Source: Candidatus Calditenuis fumarioli (GTDB lineage Archaea; Thermoproteota; Nitrososphaeria_A; Caldarchaeales; Calditenuaceae). Taken from it: a DNA stretch of 64,000 nt. Position 1 is the stretch's first letter; every line of letters begins with the position of its first letter. Below the pieces are notes generated by a model. It was given only the letters and a program-made list of their open reading frames with translations, did not search any database and was not told the origin of the DNA. The stretch is from assembly GCA_030059665.1 (NCBI GenBank), contig JANVYR010000001.1, forward strand, positions 608,001 through 672,000, in the 5' to 3' direction. The translations under genes were made by a program, and so were the position numbers. This document shows, piece after piece, positions 8,723-18,362 of the stretch.

Positions 8723-11700
8723 TCAACCGGAGACGCAGACGGACCATCCGCAATCGGCGCACGTGACGCACCCGCTCTGGTGGATGAGCGTCCTGCTGCC
8801 GCAGACCGGACAGGCCTCTTGAGCGCCGACTTCGCCGCGGCCTCCACCCGTTGATCCTTCCACCTCCTCGGCCGCTGGGCCCACCTTCAGGAAGACCTTC
8901 GCCTCCTCCGGCGACTTCTCCTCCAGGTGGCGCAGGAAAGGCGTCACGTCGATCCCGAGCGACCTCATCATCTCGATCGTGTTGTTCCTGACCCTGAGCA
9001 CGTACCTCTCGGTCCGCTGGGATGGCGTCACAAGGACCTGCCCGGGCTTCGACTGGTCCCTGTAGATCGTGATCCCCTTGAGACCGAGCCTGTAGGCGAA
9101 GAGGTAGGCCGCCTCGACGTCCTCCACGGTCACCCACGAGGGCATGTTGATCGTCTTGCTAACGGCCGCGTCCACCCAGAGGCCGACGTGGTACTGCGCC
9201 CTCACGTGGTCCCACCAGGGTATGTCGTAGGCCACCACGAAGACCCTCATCGCCTCCTCGTCGAAGAGGTCGTCCAAGCCCTGGATCGAGCCGCCGTTCT
9301 CCGCGACCCTCTTCAGGACCTCGTCGGTCTTCATGCCCCTCTCCTCCAGGTACCTCTCGAACTCGGGGTCGATGTAGTAGAAGGTACCGACGGTCACCCT
9401 CTTCTCGTAGACGAGCGCGAAGACCGGTTCGAGGCCCGAGCTCGTGTCGACGAGCATCGATATGCTCCCCGTCGGAGCGATGGAGAGGACGAAGCTGTTC
9501 CTGATCCCGTTCCTCTTTATCTCCTCCACGACCCTGTCCCAGTCCATCGTCCAGAGCTCCCTGTGGTAGAAGCCCTCCAGCGGCAGATGGCCCTCGGGAT
9601 AGCTGCTCTGCCAGTAGAGCGGGAACGGCCCCCTCTCCTTCGCCCTTTTGGCGCTCTCCATGTAGGCGTGCCAAGCCACGAACTCCATTACCCTCTGCAT
9701 CGCCTCGAACCCCTCCTCGCTGTTGTAGGGGATCCTCAGGGCGTACAGCATGTCGGCGAGCCCCATTATCCCGAGGCCCACCCTTCTCGTCCTGTGGGCC
9801 ATCTCGTCGATCTCCTTAAGCGGGTAGTTGTTGACGTCGATCACGTTGTCCAGGAACCTGTAGGCGATCCTGACGGTCTCCGCGAGGGCCTCCCAGTCGA
9901 CCTCCGCCTTCCCGTTGACCCTCTTGACGAAGGCGTGGAGGTTGACGGACCCGAGGTTGCAGACCTCGTACTCGTACAGAGGCTCCTCACCGCAGTTGTG
10001 GACGAGGAGCCCGTTGGCGTCGAACGCGTTTATCCCCGGCACGGAGACGTCGTAGACCTCCTCGACGCCGTCAGGGCAGACCGACTCCACGGTGGCGACG
10101 AAGAGCTCTCCGTTCGGCCTCCTCCGGTAGCTTGCCAGGTGCTCCAGCAGCTTCCTCCGCTTTTCGGTATGGGAGAGGCCTATCAGCTCGGCGAATCTGA
10201 CGAGGCTCTCGTTCGAGATCACCAGCTCGTACTGCGGTGCCGTCTCGTACTCCCTGTAACCTCCGCGCCCGTCCGGCAGGGGTTTCACCGCGCGGTCCCT
10301 GCGCTTGTAGATCCTGCTGAAGATCCCGAGCCTGAGCAGCATCCGCTGGACGGATTTCAGGAATGCCAGATCGCTCTGCGCGAGACGCAGCGAGACGCCC
10401 TTCCTGTGACTGCCCTGAACCGAGCCGTCGCTGTCGAAGAGCGCCCTAAGGTAGCCCCTATAGAACTCGGACGATTGGCGCTCCAGCTCCGGAGTAACGA
10501 CCCGTGCCCCTCCCCTCCCGGGCCTGAGGCCGAGCCTCGCGGCGAGTTCCGTGATCGCCGAGAGCCTCATGACGTAGCGCCCGCCGTGCGGGCCGATCCA
10601 TCCGCCCCAGTCGCTCCTGTGGGGGAGGTGTGATGCGGCCTCCTCCAGCTCGAGCATCGTCTCGGCAGCCCCTCCGTCCGCTGCCCATACCGCTATGACT
10701 GCGCGAGTCCTCCCTCTTCCTCCGTTGGTGATCCAACCGTCGCCAGCCAGAGCTCCCACCAGCAGCCCCTCTTCGTAGCCCAGCTCCCCAGGCCATCCGG
10801 CGAGGGCCCTGTGGTCGTTCAGTAGGACCTTGTCCCCCGGTCTCAGATCAGAAGCCCTGCACCACTCCCAACTGACCTCGTAGCTCCACCCGCCTCCGAT
10901 CCATTTCCTCCTCACCGAGGTCACCTTCGCCACCGGATGGTCGCCCGTGAGCCGGAGCTCGTATCCTTCACGAGTGATGAGCCTCAGGACGGGTTTGACG
11001 CCGGTGCTGAAGAAGCCGCTCTCGGACCTGTAGACCCTTCCGTTTACCACCAGGTCCACCGGTCGTCCGACCAGCTCCTTGACCTGCCTCGGCCCCTCTG
11101 CGGTCATCACCCACGTGTCTCCGGTAACGCAGGGGTTGGTAGCCCGTATCTCGCCGAGCGCCTTCCTCAGGACGTTCCGTCTGTTGATGTTGTCCAGGAA
11201 GAGGACGCCTGGGTCCGCGGTCTTCCAGGCCATCTGCGCGATGAGCCTGAAGAGGTGCCTCGGGTTGACCCTCCCCCAGACCTTCCCGTTCCTCGGGTTG
11301 ATCAGCGGGTAGGGCTCGTTCCTCTCGAGGTGCTCCCAGAACGAGGGCTCTATCAGGACGCTGATGTTGAAGTTCTCCAGGACGCCCGGCTGCTCCTTCG
11401 CCCTGACGAACTTCTCGATGTCAGGGTGCCAGACCTCGAGGATCCCCATGTTCGCTCCCCTGCGCTTCCCTCCCTGCTTGACGACGTCGGTCACCGTGTC
11501 GATGATCCGCATGAACGTCACAGGCCCCGAGGCCACGCCGGATGTCGATGCCACTATGTCTCCCTCGGGCCTCAGCTTCGAGTAGTTGATCCCAATCCCT
11601 CCACCGCTCTTGAAGATCATCGCCGCATCGGTGGCCGCCTTCATGATCGATTCCATGTTGTCGTCTATCGGGAGGACGAAGCACGCCGACAGCTGTCCGA

Positions 11701-12526
11701 GCCTCGTCCCGGCGTTGAAGAGGGTCGGGCTGTTGGGCATGAATTTCTTCTCCGCCATGAGGTCGTAGTACCTGAGGTAGTCGGCGGCGTGGTCGTCGAG
11801 CTCTCCGGACCTCAGCATCTCCAGGAACCTCGAGAAGGGAACCCTCATCGCTCCCTCGGAGTTCAGCCGGTCGTAGAGCGCCTTCATCCGGTCCAGGTGC
11901 CATCGGTTCCAGGTGAAGAGGAGGTTGCCCTCGCTGTCCCTCAGCCCGAGCTTCCCCTCCCAGAGGACCGGGTCGAACTCCTCGTTCGGGTGGACCGGCT
12001 GGCCCCTGTCGACGTCGAAGACCCTCGGGTCGTAGAGGAGGTCCGGGATCACCACGAGCGCCGCGATCCTCTGGAACATCTGCTTCGGTCCCTCGATGAG
12101 CTTCCCCTCCTCGTTCCTGAGCAGGTACCTCGAGGCCATCAGCCTGAGCGCGTTGACCGAGAAGCGCTTGTCCACCTCGTCCAGGTAGTCCTTCTCCAGT
12201 ATCCGCATCTTCTCCTTCCTGATCCTCTCCCTCTCCTTCCGGTAGAGGATGTAGGCCTTGGCGACCTCGTACAGGTCGAACTTCACCAGCGTCAGCTCCA
12301 CCAGGTCCTGGACGTCCTCGACGTGGGGGATCCTCTCTGTCCCGAACTTCTCGGCTATCAGCTGGAGGACGTGCTGCGTCACCTTGTCCAGCAGCTGCTC
12401 GTCGAGCTTCCCCGTGGCGACCATCGCCTTCCTTATCGCGTTCCTGATCCTCTCGGGATCGAAGTCGACGACCCTTCCGTCGCGCTTTACGATCCTCTTC
12501 ACCGGGTACTGCTCAACGTCGTACAT
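8723..12526 (-). CDS. nrdJ: class II (adenosylcobalamin-dependent) ribonucleotide reductase with N-terminal ATP-cone, intein and C-terminal Zn ribbon
   Basis: ATP-cone (IVKRDGRVVDFD), PNSPTLFNAG, SGGGIG, NPC[intein]GE, SIAPTGSIS and C-terminal CPVC...CADC. Confidence 0.95.
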   Translation of the reverse strand: MYDVEQYPVKRIVKRDGRVVDFDPERIRNAIRKAMVATGKLDEQLLDKVTQHVLQLIAEKFGTERIPHVEDVQDLVELTLVKFDLYEVAKAYILYRKERERIRKEKMRILEKDYLDEVDKRFSVNALRLMASRYLLRNEEGKLIEGPKQMFQRIAALVVIPDLLYDPRVFDVDRGQPVHPNEEFDPVLWEGKLGLRDSEGNLLFTWNRWHLDRMKALYDRLNSEGAMRVPFSRFLEMLRSGELDDHAADYLRYYDLMAEKKFMPNSPTLFNAGTRLGQLSACFVLPIDDNMESIMKAATDAAMIFKSGGGIGINYSKLRPEGDIVASTSGVASGPVTFMRIIDTVTDVVKQGGKRRGANMGILEVWHPDIEKFVRAKEQPGVLENFNISVLIEPSFWEHLERNEPYPLINPRNGKVWGRVNPRHLFRLIAQMAWKTADPGVLFLDNINRRNVLRKALGEIRATNPCVTGDTWVMTAEGPRQVKELVGRPVDLVVNGRVYRSESGFFSTGVKPVLRLITREGYELRLTGDHPVAKVTSVRRKWIGGGWSYEVSWEWCRASDLRPGDKVLLNDHRALAGWPGELGYEEGLLVGALAGDGWITNGGRGRTRAVIAVWAADGGAAETMLELEEAASHLPHRSDWGGWIGPHGGRYVMRLSAITELAARLGLRPGRGGARVVTPELERQSSEFYRGYLRALFDSDGSVQGSHRKGVSLRLAQSDLAFLKSVQRMLLRLGIFSRIYKRRDRAVKPLPDGRGGYREYETAPQYELVISNESLVRFAELIGLSHTEKRRKLLEHLASYRRRPNGELFVATVESVCPDGVEEVYDVSVPGINAFDANGLLVHNCGEEPLYEYEVCNLGSVNLHAFVKRVNGKAEVDWEALAETVRIAYRFLDNVIDVNNYPLKEIDEMAHRTRRVGLGIMGLADMLYALRIPYNSEEGFEAMQRVMEFVAWHAYMESAKRAKERGPFPLYWQSSYPEGHLPLEGFYHRELWTMDWDRVVEEIKRNGIRNSFVLSIAPTGSISMLVDTSSGLEPVFALVYEKRVTVGTFYYIDPEFERYLEERGMKTDEVLKRVAENGGSIQGLDDLFDEEAMRVFVVAYDIPWWDHVRAQYHVGLWVDAAVSKTINMPSWVTVEDVEAAYLFAYRLGLKGITIYRDQSKPGQVLVTPSQRTERYVLRVRNNTIEMMRSLGIDVTPFLRHLEEKSPEEAKVFLKVGPAAEEVEGSTGGGRGEVGAQEACPVCGSRTLIHQSGCVTCADCGWSVCVSG
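9995..11131 (-). mobile_element. intein (379 aa) with LAGLIDADG homing endonuclease in RNR at the NPC/GE site
   Basis: Starts CVTGDTWV and ends LLVHN, followed by +1 Cys. Two LAGLIDADG-like motifs (LVGALAGDG, LRALFDSDG). 1137 nt in frame. Confidence 0.95.
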
Positions 12527-12740
12527 CCGAAGACGTCACCACCGATTGGGGCCTTATGCGGGTTTCCCTCACGACCCACTCTGTGTACCCCTCGGCCCGT
12601 GATAAAGACTGCACGGTATGACCGTCGCAGATTATCAGGGAATGGATCTCGGGCGCCAGTTTGGCCAGAGCTGGACCCTGTGCCGTCTTCCGAGCTACCT
12701 TTTTTATAAGGCGGTGCGGAAATCACGCCAAGTCGGGATC

Positions 12741-13292
12741 ATGTTCTTTCTGGTCAGGGTGGAGGACGTCGTGGGCATAGAGCCGCGCGAGTTCGGGAGG
12801 CCGCTCAAGCAGGTGGTGATGGAGAAGCTCTCAAGCGCCTACGAGGGGCTCGTCGACGAGGAGCTGGGCTACGTCGTCGCGGTCATCGACGCAGAGGTCG
12901 ACCCGATAGGAGTACTGCTGCCGAAGGACCCCGCATCCTACCACAGGGTAGTCTGCACCCTGCTCGCGTTCATCCCGCAGGTCCAGGAGGTCGTCGAGGG
13001 CGAGGTCGTGGACGTCACCGAGTTCGGTGCCTTCGTCAGGATAGGAACCGTCGATGCGCTGCTCCACCTCTCCCAGATCATCGACGACTACGTCTCGTTC
13101 GACAAGAGGAACATGGAGCTCATCGCCACCAAGTCGGGCCTCCGGCTCGGCGTCGGCGACAGGGTGAGGGCGAGGATAGTTGCGGTCTCGATCGCCGGAG
13201 GTAAGGTAGGGCTCACCACCCGGCAGCCGTACCTCGGCAAGCTCGAGTGGATCGAGCAGCAGCTGGCCCCGAAGCCTCAGGCGAAGAGGTGA
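12741..13292 (+). CDS. rpoE1: DNA-directed RNA polymerase subunit E' (Rpo7)
   Basis: MFFLVRVEDVVGIEPREFG, S1 domain FGAFVRIG and GLTTRQPYLGKLEWI. Start placed at internal ATG 12741. Confidence 0.97.
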   Translation: MFFLVRVEDVVGIEPREFGRPLKQVVMEKLSSAYEGLVDEELGYVVAVIDAEVDPIGVLLPKDPASYHRVVCTLLAFIPQVQEVVEGEVVDVTEFGAFVRIGTVDALLHLSQIIDDYVSFDKRNMELIATKSGLRLGVGDRVRARIVAVSIAGGKVGLTTRQPYLGKLEWIEQQLAPKPQAKR

Positions 13293-13298
13293 GCGGCC

Positions 13299-13484
13299 CT
13301 GAGGGAGAGGGCCTGCAGGGAGTGCAGGGCCATCACCACCGGTGACAGGTGCTGGAACTGCGGCTCCACCAACCTTTCCAACAGCTTCTCCGGGTTGATC
13401 GTCGTCCTGGTCCCCGAGGAGTCGGAGATCGCGAAGCTGCTGAACATCGCCAAGCCGGGGAGGTATGCGGTCAAGGTCGAGTGA
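13299..13484 (+). CDS. spt4: transcription elongation factor Spt4 (RpoE''), probable CTG start; absent from ORF track
   Basis: Translates (M)RERACRECRAITTGDRCWNCGSTNLSNSFSGLIVVLVPEESEIAKLLNIAKPGRYAVKVE, with two CxxC motifs in the canonical position after rpoE'. Confidence 0.92.
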   Translation: MRERACRECRAITTGDRCWNCGSTNLSNSFSGLIVVLVPEESEIAKLLNIAKPGRYAVKVE

Positions 13485-14019
13485 GGTCTTCCCGCCCGGT
13501 GCGGAGGTCCTCAGGCTCAAAGACGAGCACCGGCAGCTCCTGAAGAGGCCGCTCGGTCGCCTGATCACCGGCCCGCCGGACCAGGTCTCGCTCGAGTTGG
13601 GGAGGGCGATCTCGGCCAGGAAGGGCCCTCTGGTGGTGGTGGGGGACGTGGTCTCTTCGACCGTCTCCCCTTTCTCGCCCAACGAGGTCGTCTACGTGAC
13701 CGACGGCAAGACGCTCCGCGAGCTCACGTCGGAGGTGAGGCTCGATGTGGACAGGGTGGTCAGGTGCCGGAACGAGGCTGGGACGATCTCGAGGGAGGCC
13801 TTCGAGGCCCTCGAGGAAGCGATTCGCTCCGGCGGAAGGGTCCACCTGGTGGTGGAGGGGGAGGAGGACCTCCTGGCGCTCGCGGCCGTCTACCTCGTCC
13901 CCTCGGGCGGCCTCGTGGTCTACGGTCAGCCCGGCGAGGGCGTGGTGGTTGTGGAGGTGGACGACGCGATCAGGTCCTTCGCGTATTCGGTGCTGAAGGC
14001 CATGGTCCCTGAGCGGTGA
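13465..14019 (+). CDS. GTP-dependent dephospho-CoA kinase (DUF359)
   Basis: VVGDVVS, VTDGKTLR and VEGEEDLLAL motifs; conserved position after spt4. Confidence 0.9.
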   Translation: MRSRSSEVFPPGAEVLRLKDEHRQLLKRPLGRLITGPPDQVSLELGRAISARKGPLVVVGDVVSSTVSPFSPNEVVYVTDGKTLRELTSEVRLDVDRVVRCRNEAGTISREAFEALEEAIRSGGRVHLVVEGEEDLLALAAVYLVPSGGLVVYGQPGEGVVVVEVDDAIRSFAYSVLKAMVPER

Positions 14020-14023
14020 GCTG

Positions 14024-14236
14024 TCACCTCCTCCTCGCTCTTGCGGGTGAGGGCTTCGGCGCCTCTGCGGTCTTGAAGATCGTGTGGTGGCACCGGCCGC
14101 AGTAGTACCTGTCTCCGTGGTCGGCCATGAAGTAGCCCTCTCCGCAGACGGGGCAGAACCTGCTCTTCCTCACCAATTTCCCGTCCTGCGTGACCTCGTA
14201 CAGCTTGTAAAGCGGTCTCGTCCCTCCCCTCACCAT
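14024..14236 (-). CDS. rps27ae: 30S ribosomal protein S27ae (eS31)
   Basis: [23 protein letters not shown] zinc ribbon. Confidence 0.95.
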   Translation of the reverse strand: MVRGGTRPLYKLYEVTQDGKLVRKSRFCPVCGEGYFMADHGDRYYCGRCHHTIFKTAEAPKPSPARARRR

Positions 14237-14279
14237 CGGAGGAGTCCGCTGAAGGCCCAGTAAAGAACGTTCGCCGGGC

Positions 14280-15500
14280 TCAGACCAGGTCCCTTCCGAT
14301 GAGGGTCCTCGCGACGATCAGCTTCATGATGTTCTCGGTTCCCTCGGCTCCGACGACGTAGCTGAAGGCCCCGAGCCAGGCCCTCATGATGGGGAGCTCC
14401 TTGAAGTACGCCGCTCCCCCGAACCACTTGGTTACCTCCATCCCTATCTCGACCGCGAGCGGAGCGCACTTCAGCTTTGCCATCGCGCCGTACAGGGCCA
14501 CGTCGCTCAGCGTGAAGTTGGGATCCTTGTGGAAGTAGTAACGGTCTGCGACCCACGCGGCCTTGTAGCAGAGGAGCCTCGCGGCCTCGAGCTCCTTCGC
14601 CAGCTCCGCGAACCTGAAGCTGATGGACTGGTACGAGGCTATCGGCCTCCCGAAGACCTCCCTCTTTCTGATCCACTCGAGGCCCTGGTCTAGCAGCCAC
14701 CTGGCGCATCCTATCGTGACAGCACCGATCATGCTCCTCGCGAGGTTGAAGCCCTCCATCGCGATCTTGAACCCGCCGTTCACCTCGCCTATCCTGTAGT
14801 GGTCCTTCACCCTGGTTCCGTTGAAGGTGATCACCGATGTGTCCAGGCCCCTCCTCGCGATCTCTGTCCATGGTCTGTACGAGACCGTTGGGTCCCTTAC
14901 GCCGTTCCGCTTCATCGGCACGAAGAAGTCGGTTATTGTCCTGTGCTTCAGCGCCGGATCCCCTGTCCTGGCTATCGTGAACCAACCTCCTCCCCACCTG
15001 AGGGACTCGATCACCGTCGGGAGCGAGGTCATGGTCTTCTCGCCGCTGATGACCCACTCGTCACCCTCCCTCACGGCCCTCAGCCTGACATCGGAGACGT
15101 CGCTTCCCCCGTGGGCCTCAGTGCTCGAGATCCCCATGGCCGCCCTCCCCTTCGCTATCTCAGGAAGGACCTCGGCCTTCGCCTCCTCGGTGCCGTAGAG
15201 CTGGAGGACATAGGGCCATGAGGCCTGGATGAGGAAGAGCACCGCGATCGAGAGCGCTGGGCCGTGGTAGGCGAGCTCCTCCCCGGCGATGGCTGCCTCC
15301 GTGAAGGTCCCTCCCTGACCTCCGTACTCCTCGGAGATCGTGAGGCCGTAGATCCCCGCCTGGGCCATCCGCTCGATCAGGTCGGTTGGTATGACGCCCC
15401 TCTCGTCGACGTCGATCCAGATCGGCTCCACGTGCCGCTTGCAGAACTCCCTCACCGACTCCCTGAAGATCCTGTGCTCGGGCGATTCGGAGAAGTCCAC
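14280..15500 (-). CDS. acyl-CoA dehydrogenase family protein
   Basis: [26 protein letters not shown] and [13 protein letters not shown] motifs. Confidence 0.95.
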   Translation of the reverse strand: MDFSESPEHRIFRESVREFCKRHVEPIWIDVDERGVIPTDLIERMAQAGIYGLTISEEYGGQGGTFTEAAIAGEELAYHGPALSIAVLFLIQASWPYVLQLYGTEEAKAEVLPEIAKGRAAMGISSTEAHGGSDVSDVRLRAVREGDEWVISGEKTMTSLPTVIESLRWGGGWFTIARTGDPALKHRTITDFFVPMKRNGVRDPTVSYRPWTEIARRGLDTSVITFNGTRVKDHYRIGEVNGGFKIAMEGFNLARSMIGAVTIGCARWLLDQGLEWIRKREVFGRPIASYQSISFRFAELAKELEAARLLCYKAAWVADRYYFHKDPNFTLSDVALYGAMAKLKCAPLAVEIGMEVTKWFGGAAYFKELPIMRAWLGAFSYVVGAEGTENIMKLIVARTLIGRDLV

Positions 15501-15587
15501 GCCGGAACCGCGCGTCCGCCGTATTTCTCCCTTGGTGGACGACCTCTTGCAGTTGCTCCCGAGAGGATCCGTATCAGGGCTTCGCCG

Positions 15588-16478
15588 CTATCCCACAGAC
15601 GGCACGACGTCCTTGACGAACTCCCTCATCTTCGAGAGCAGCGCGTCCACCGGCAGGTCTCCGAGGTAGATTGCGACGTGCTCGACGCCGAGCTTCGCGT
15701 ACCTCGAGAGCTCCTCCGCCACCCTGGATGCCCATCCCCCCACGATGTACCTCCTCTCACCGGAGCCGGATCTGGATTCCTCGCTCTTCGCGCTGGGATC
15801 GAGCTTGACGGTCAGCCTCCCGCTGACGGTGAAGCCCTCCCGTCCAGAAGACCTGATCAGCGCCATCCGCTCCTCCAGCTCGTCGAACGGTATCCCCGTG
15901 AAGTGCCAGCCGTCGGCCAGCGAGAGAGCCCTCCTCACGGCCCTCTCCGTGTTCCCTCCGACCCAGATCCTGGGCCCTCCTTTCTGCGCCGGCAAAGGGC
16001 TGAAGATCACGTCCCTCACCCGGTGGAACCTGCCCTCGAAGACGGGCCGCTCGCTGGACCAGAGCACCCGCAACAGCCTCAGCTGCTCCTCGAGGAGCGC
16101 GCCCCTCCTCCTGAAGTCGACGCCGAAGGTCCTGAACTCCGTCGGCTCCCAACCCGCGCCCACCCCCACGATCAGCCTCCCTCCGGAGAGGTAGTCGATG
16201 GTGGCCAGCTGCTTCGCCGTCAGGATCGTCGGCCTCAAAGGCATCACCACGATCGAGGTCCCGAGCGTGATGCTCTCGGTCTTAGCGGCGATGTAGCTGA
16301 GCGTCGTCAGTGACTCGAGGATCCTGCCGTAGGGATAGGGGTGGGCTGCGCCCACCGTGATGTGGTCTGTGGTCCAGACCGAATCGTACCCGAGTCTCTC
16401 CGCCTCCATCGCCGATCTCACGACTCCCTCCCTGCTGAGGTTGTTGCCGAAGTTGGGCACGCAGATCCCGAACCTCAC
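15588..16478 (-). CDS. LLM-class (probably F420-dependent) oxidoreductase
   Basis: AERLGYDSVWTTDH, GGRLIVGVGAGW and IWVGGN motifs. Confidence 0.9.
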   Translation of the reverse strand: MRFGICVPNFGNNLSREGVVRSAMEAERLGYDSVWTTDHITVGAAHPYPYGRILESLTTLSYIAAKTESITLGTSIVVMPLRPTILTAKQLATIDYLSGGRLIVGVGAGWEPTEFRTFGVDFRRRGALLEEQLRLLRVLWSSERPVFEGRFHRVRDVIFSPLPAQKGGPRIWVGGNTERAVRRALSLADGWHFTGIPFDELEERMALIRSSGREGFTVSGRLTVKLDPSAKSEESRSGSGERRYIVGGWASRVAEELSRYAKLGVEHVAIYLGDLPVDALLSKMREFVKDVVPSVG

Positions 16479-16514
16479 GGAACCCCTCCGGCTTTTCCTG
16501 GATTTAACCGGATT

Positions 16515-17492
16515 TCACCGCTCGATGACCTCCGCACCGCCTCCGATCCCCGAGACCAGGACCTCGAACCCCGCGTCCCTCAACCTCTGGACCACCTCGT
16601 CGATGTGCTCCGGCATCGCGTTGACGTAGACCGTCGGGCCCGTCTGCATCGAGAAGTAGGCCTCGATACCTTCAGACCTCATCCTCCTCACCAGGGAGAT
16701 CACCCGGAGCGACTCGGGCGTCATGAGGATCATCCCGGATGATCCGGTCATGGTGACCGCGTGGAGCTCCAAGGAGTCCTTCTCGACCTCCGAGCCGAAG
16801 GTCTTGAAGTCCCCCTCGATTATCGCCCTCTCAACTCTATTGCACCTCTCGTTCGCGACCTCGATCCTCCTGCTGAAGTACGGCGACGACTCCGCCTCCC
16901 TGTGGGCCTCCTCGGTGGTCACGTCGATGCCCAGAGGAACTATCGCGAAGCGCAGAGGCAGGTTCCCCTCGTCCGCGAACCTGACCGCGTAGCTGTCCTC
17001 GTCCCCGGTCCCCGCGTACCATCGGGCGTACTTCCCGACCACCGACCTGCAAGCAGAACCTGCGAGGAGCCTCGCTATCCTCGAGATCAGGGCCTCGTTC
17101 CTGCCATAGACCTCATCGAGGCCGGCGGCGAAGTACGCGGCCGTCGCTATCGAAGCACCGGCAGCGGATGAGAACCCCAGCCCCTTAGCACCGACCTTCG
17201 GGTGGTTCTCGGTTCTGACGAGGGCCCTCTCCTCGATCCCCGAGAGCTCCCGGACCCTGTCGAGCACCGCGACGACCCGTTCCCTCGCCCTCCCGGTCAG
17301 GATGCTGCCGTTGGCGATCACCACGTCCTCGTCGAGGCCGCCGAAGCTCACCTCAGCCACAACGTACGCGACGTCGGTGTTGACGGAGATGCTGTCGTGG
17401 TAAGGTATCCTGAGCTTCCAGTCGCGGAGGCCGTGGTACTTCACCAGAGCCTGCATCGTGTATGCCCTCGCCACAGCCCTCATCTTCCCCAT
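16515..17492 (-). CDS. mevalonate-pathway decarboxylase, phosphomevalonate decarboxylase (haloarchaeal) type
   Basis: QALVKYHGLRDWKLRIPYHDSISV, GHMP motif GLGFSSAAGA, AGSACRS and TGPTV. Confidence 0.85.
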   Translation of the reverse strand: MGKMRAVARAYTMQALVKYHGLRDWKLRIPYHDSISVNTDVAYVVAEVSFGGLDEDVVIANGSILTGRARERVVAVLDRVRELSGIEERALVRTENHPKVGAKGLGFSSAAGASIATAAYFAAGLDEVYGRNEALISRIARLLAGSACRSVVGKYARWYAGTGDEDSYAVRFADEGNLPLRFAIVPLGIDVTTEEAHREAESSPYFSRRIEVANERCNRVERAIIEGDFKTFGSEVEKDSLELHAVTMTGSSGMILMTPESLRVISLVRRMRSEGIEAYFSMQTGPTVYVNAMPEHIDEVVQRLRDAGFEVLVSGIGGGAEVIER

Positions 17493-17571
17493 CTGACCAC
17501 CCGGCTTCCGGCGACCCGCCGCCTCCCAACCAAATAACGTTGATATCTGCCCTGCACCAAAGCGATCGGGG

Positions 17572-17760
17572 ATGGCGCAGCAGGTGGTCTACCAGTGCGT
17601 CAGGTGCGGAACCCTCTTCGAGCGGGACATCGGTCCGAGGGCTGCGCAGCTCAGGTGCCCCAACTGCGGCTACCCGGTTATCAGGAAGCCGAAGCCTAAC
17701 GTGGCGAAGCTCATCGTCACCTCCCAGCTCTCGGAGGAGGTGAAGCTGTTCTACACCTGA
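17572..17760 (+). CDS. rpoP: DNA-directed RNA polymerase subunit P (Rpo12)
   Basis: YQCVRCG...RCPNCGYPVIRKPKP. Confidence 0.93.
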   Translation: MAQQVVYQCVRCGTLFERDIGPRAAQLRCPNCGYPVIRKPKPNVAKLIVTSQLSEEVKLFYT

Positions 17761-17939
17761 TCCTTTGGCTCTCCCTTCCTGGAACCCTGAAGTCGTCTCG
17801 TGTCGCGCTCGCAACCGCCACAACTGTCTATGAACCCGAGGGCGGATCGGTCTTTCGGCGAGACATCCGGGTCGCCCAGTATCGTGAAGAAGCGTTTTTC
17901 CGGTGACCGAGCTGGTGAAATTGCGGGTCCCGGTTCATC

Positions 17940-18362
17940 ATGGAAGGCGAGCTCAGACCCGAGATCGAGGACTGGTTCTATGAGGCCTGCGTCGACCTCG
18001 AGGAGGCGGAGGACGCCCTCAGCAGGGGAAGGAACAACTGGGCCTGCTTCGCAGCCCAGCAGGCCGCAGGGAAGGCCCTCAAGGCAGCGTACCTCGCGAT
18101 CAAGAGGAGGCGCTTCCCTAGGACCCACGACCTCCTCGAGCTTTACCTCGAGCTCCGGGGTGAGATCTCAGTCGGTGACGAGGGGAAGATCGGGCTCCTC
18201 TCGTCCTTCTACGAGCTGTCGAGATACCCCAACGCGGGCGTCAGGAGACCCTCCAGGTCGATCTCAAGCGACGTTGCCCGGGAAATGCTTAACCTCGCTA
18301 AGGAGGTAGTGAGGACGGTCGGTGAGAGGATTGGCCTCGCGTGCGGCCCCCAAACTCGGTGA
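17940..18362 (+). CDS. HEPN domain protein (toxin of HEPN-MNT pair)
   Basis: ACFAAQQAAGKALKA, Rx4H motif RFPRTH and RYPNA. Confidence 0.9.
   Translation: MEGELRPEIEDWFYEACVDLEEAEDALSRGRNNWACFAAQQAAGKALKAAYLAIKRRRFPRTHDLLELYLELRGEISVGDEGKIGLLSSFYELSRYPNAGVRRPSRSISSDVAREMLNLAKEVVRTVGERIGLACGPQTR

Noticed and set aside
4431-12709. Long antisense ORFs (4431-6377, 6497-7864, 8927-10633, 10937-12709 and many similar ones elsewhere)
   Set aside because: These are shadow frames of well-supported genes, expected from high GC3, and have no protein motifs.
13290-13292. In-frame TGA between rpoE' and spt4 as a selenocysteine codon
   Set aside because: It is not at a Cys-equivalent position, no SECIS is evident, and rpoE' ends at its normal length.
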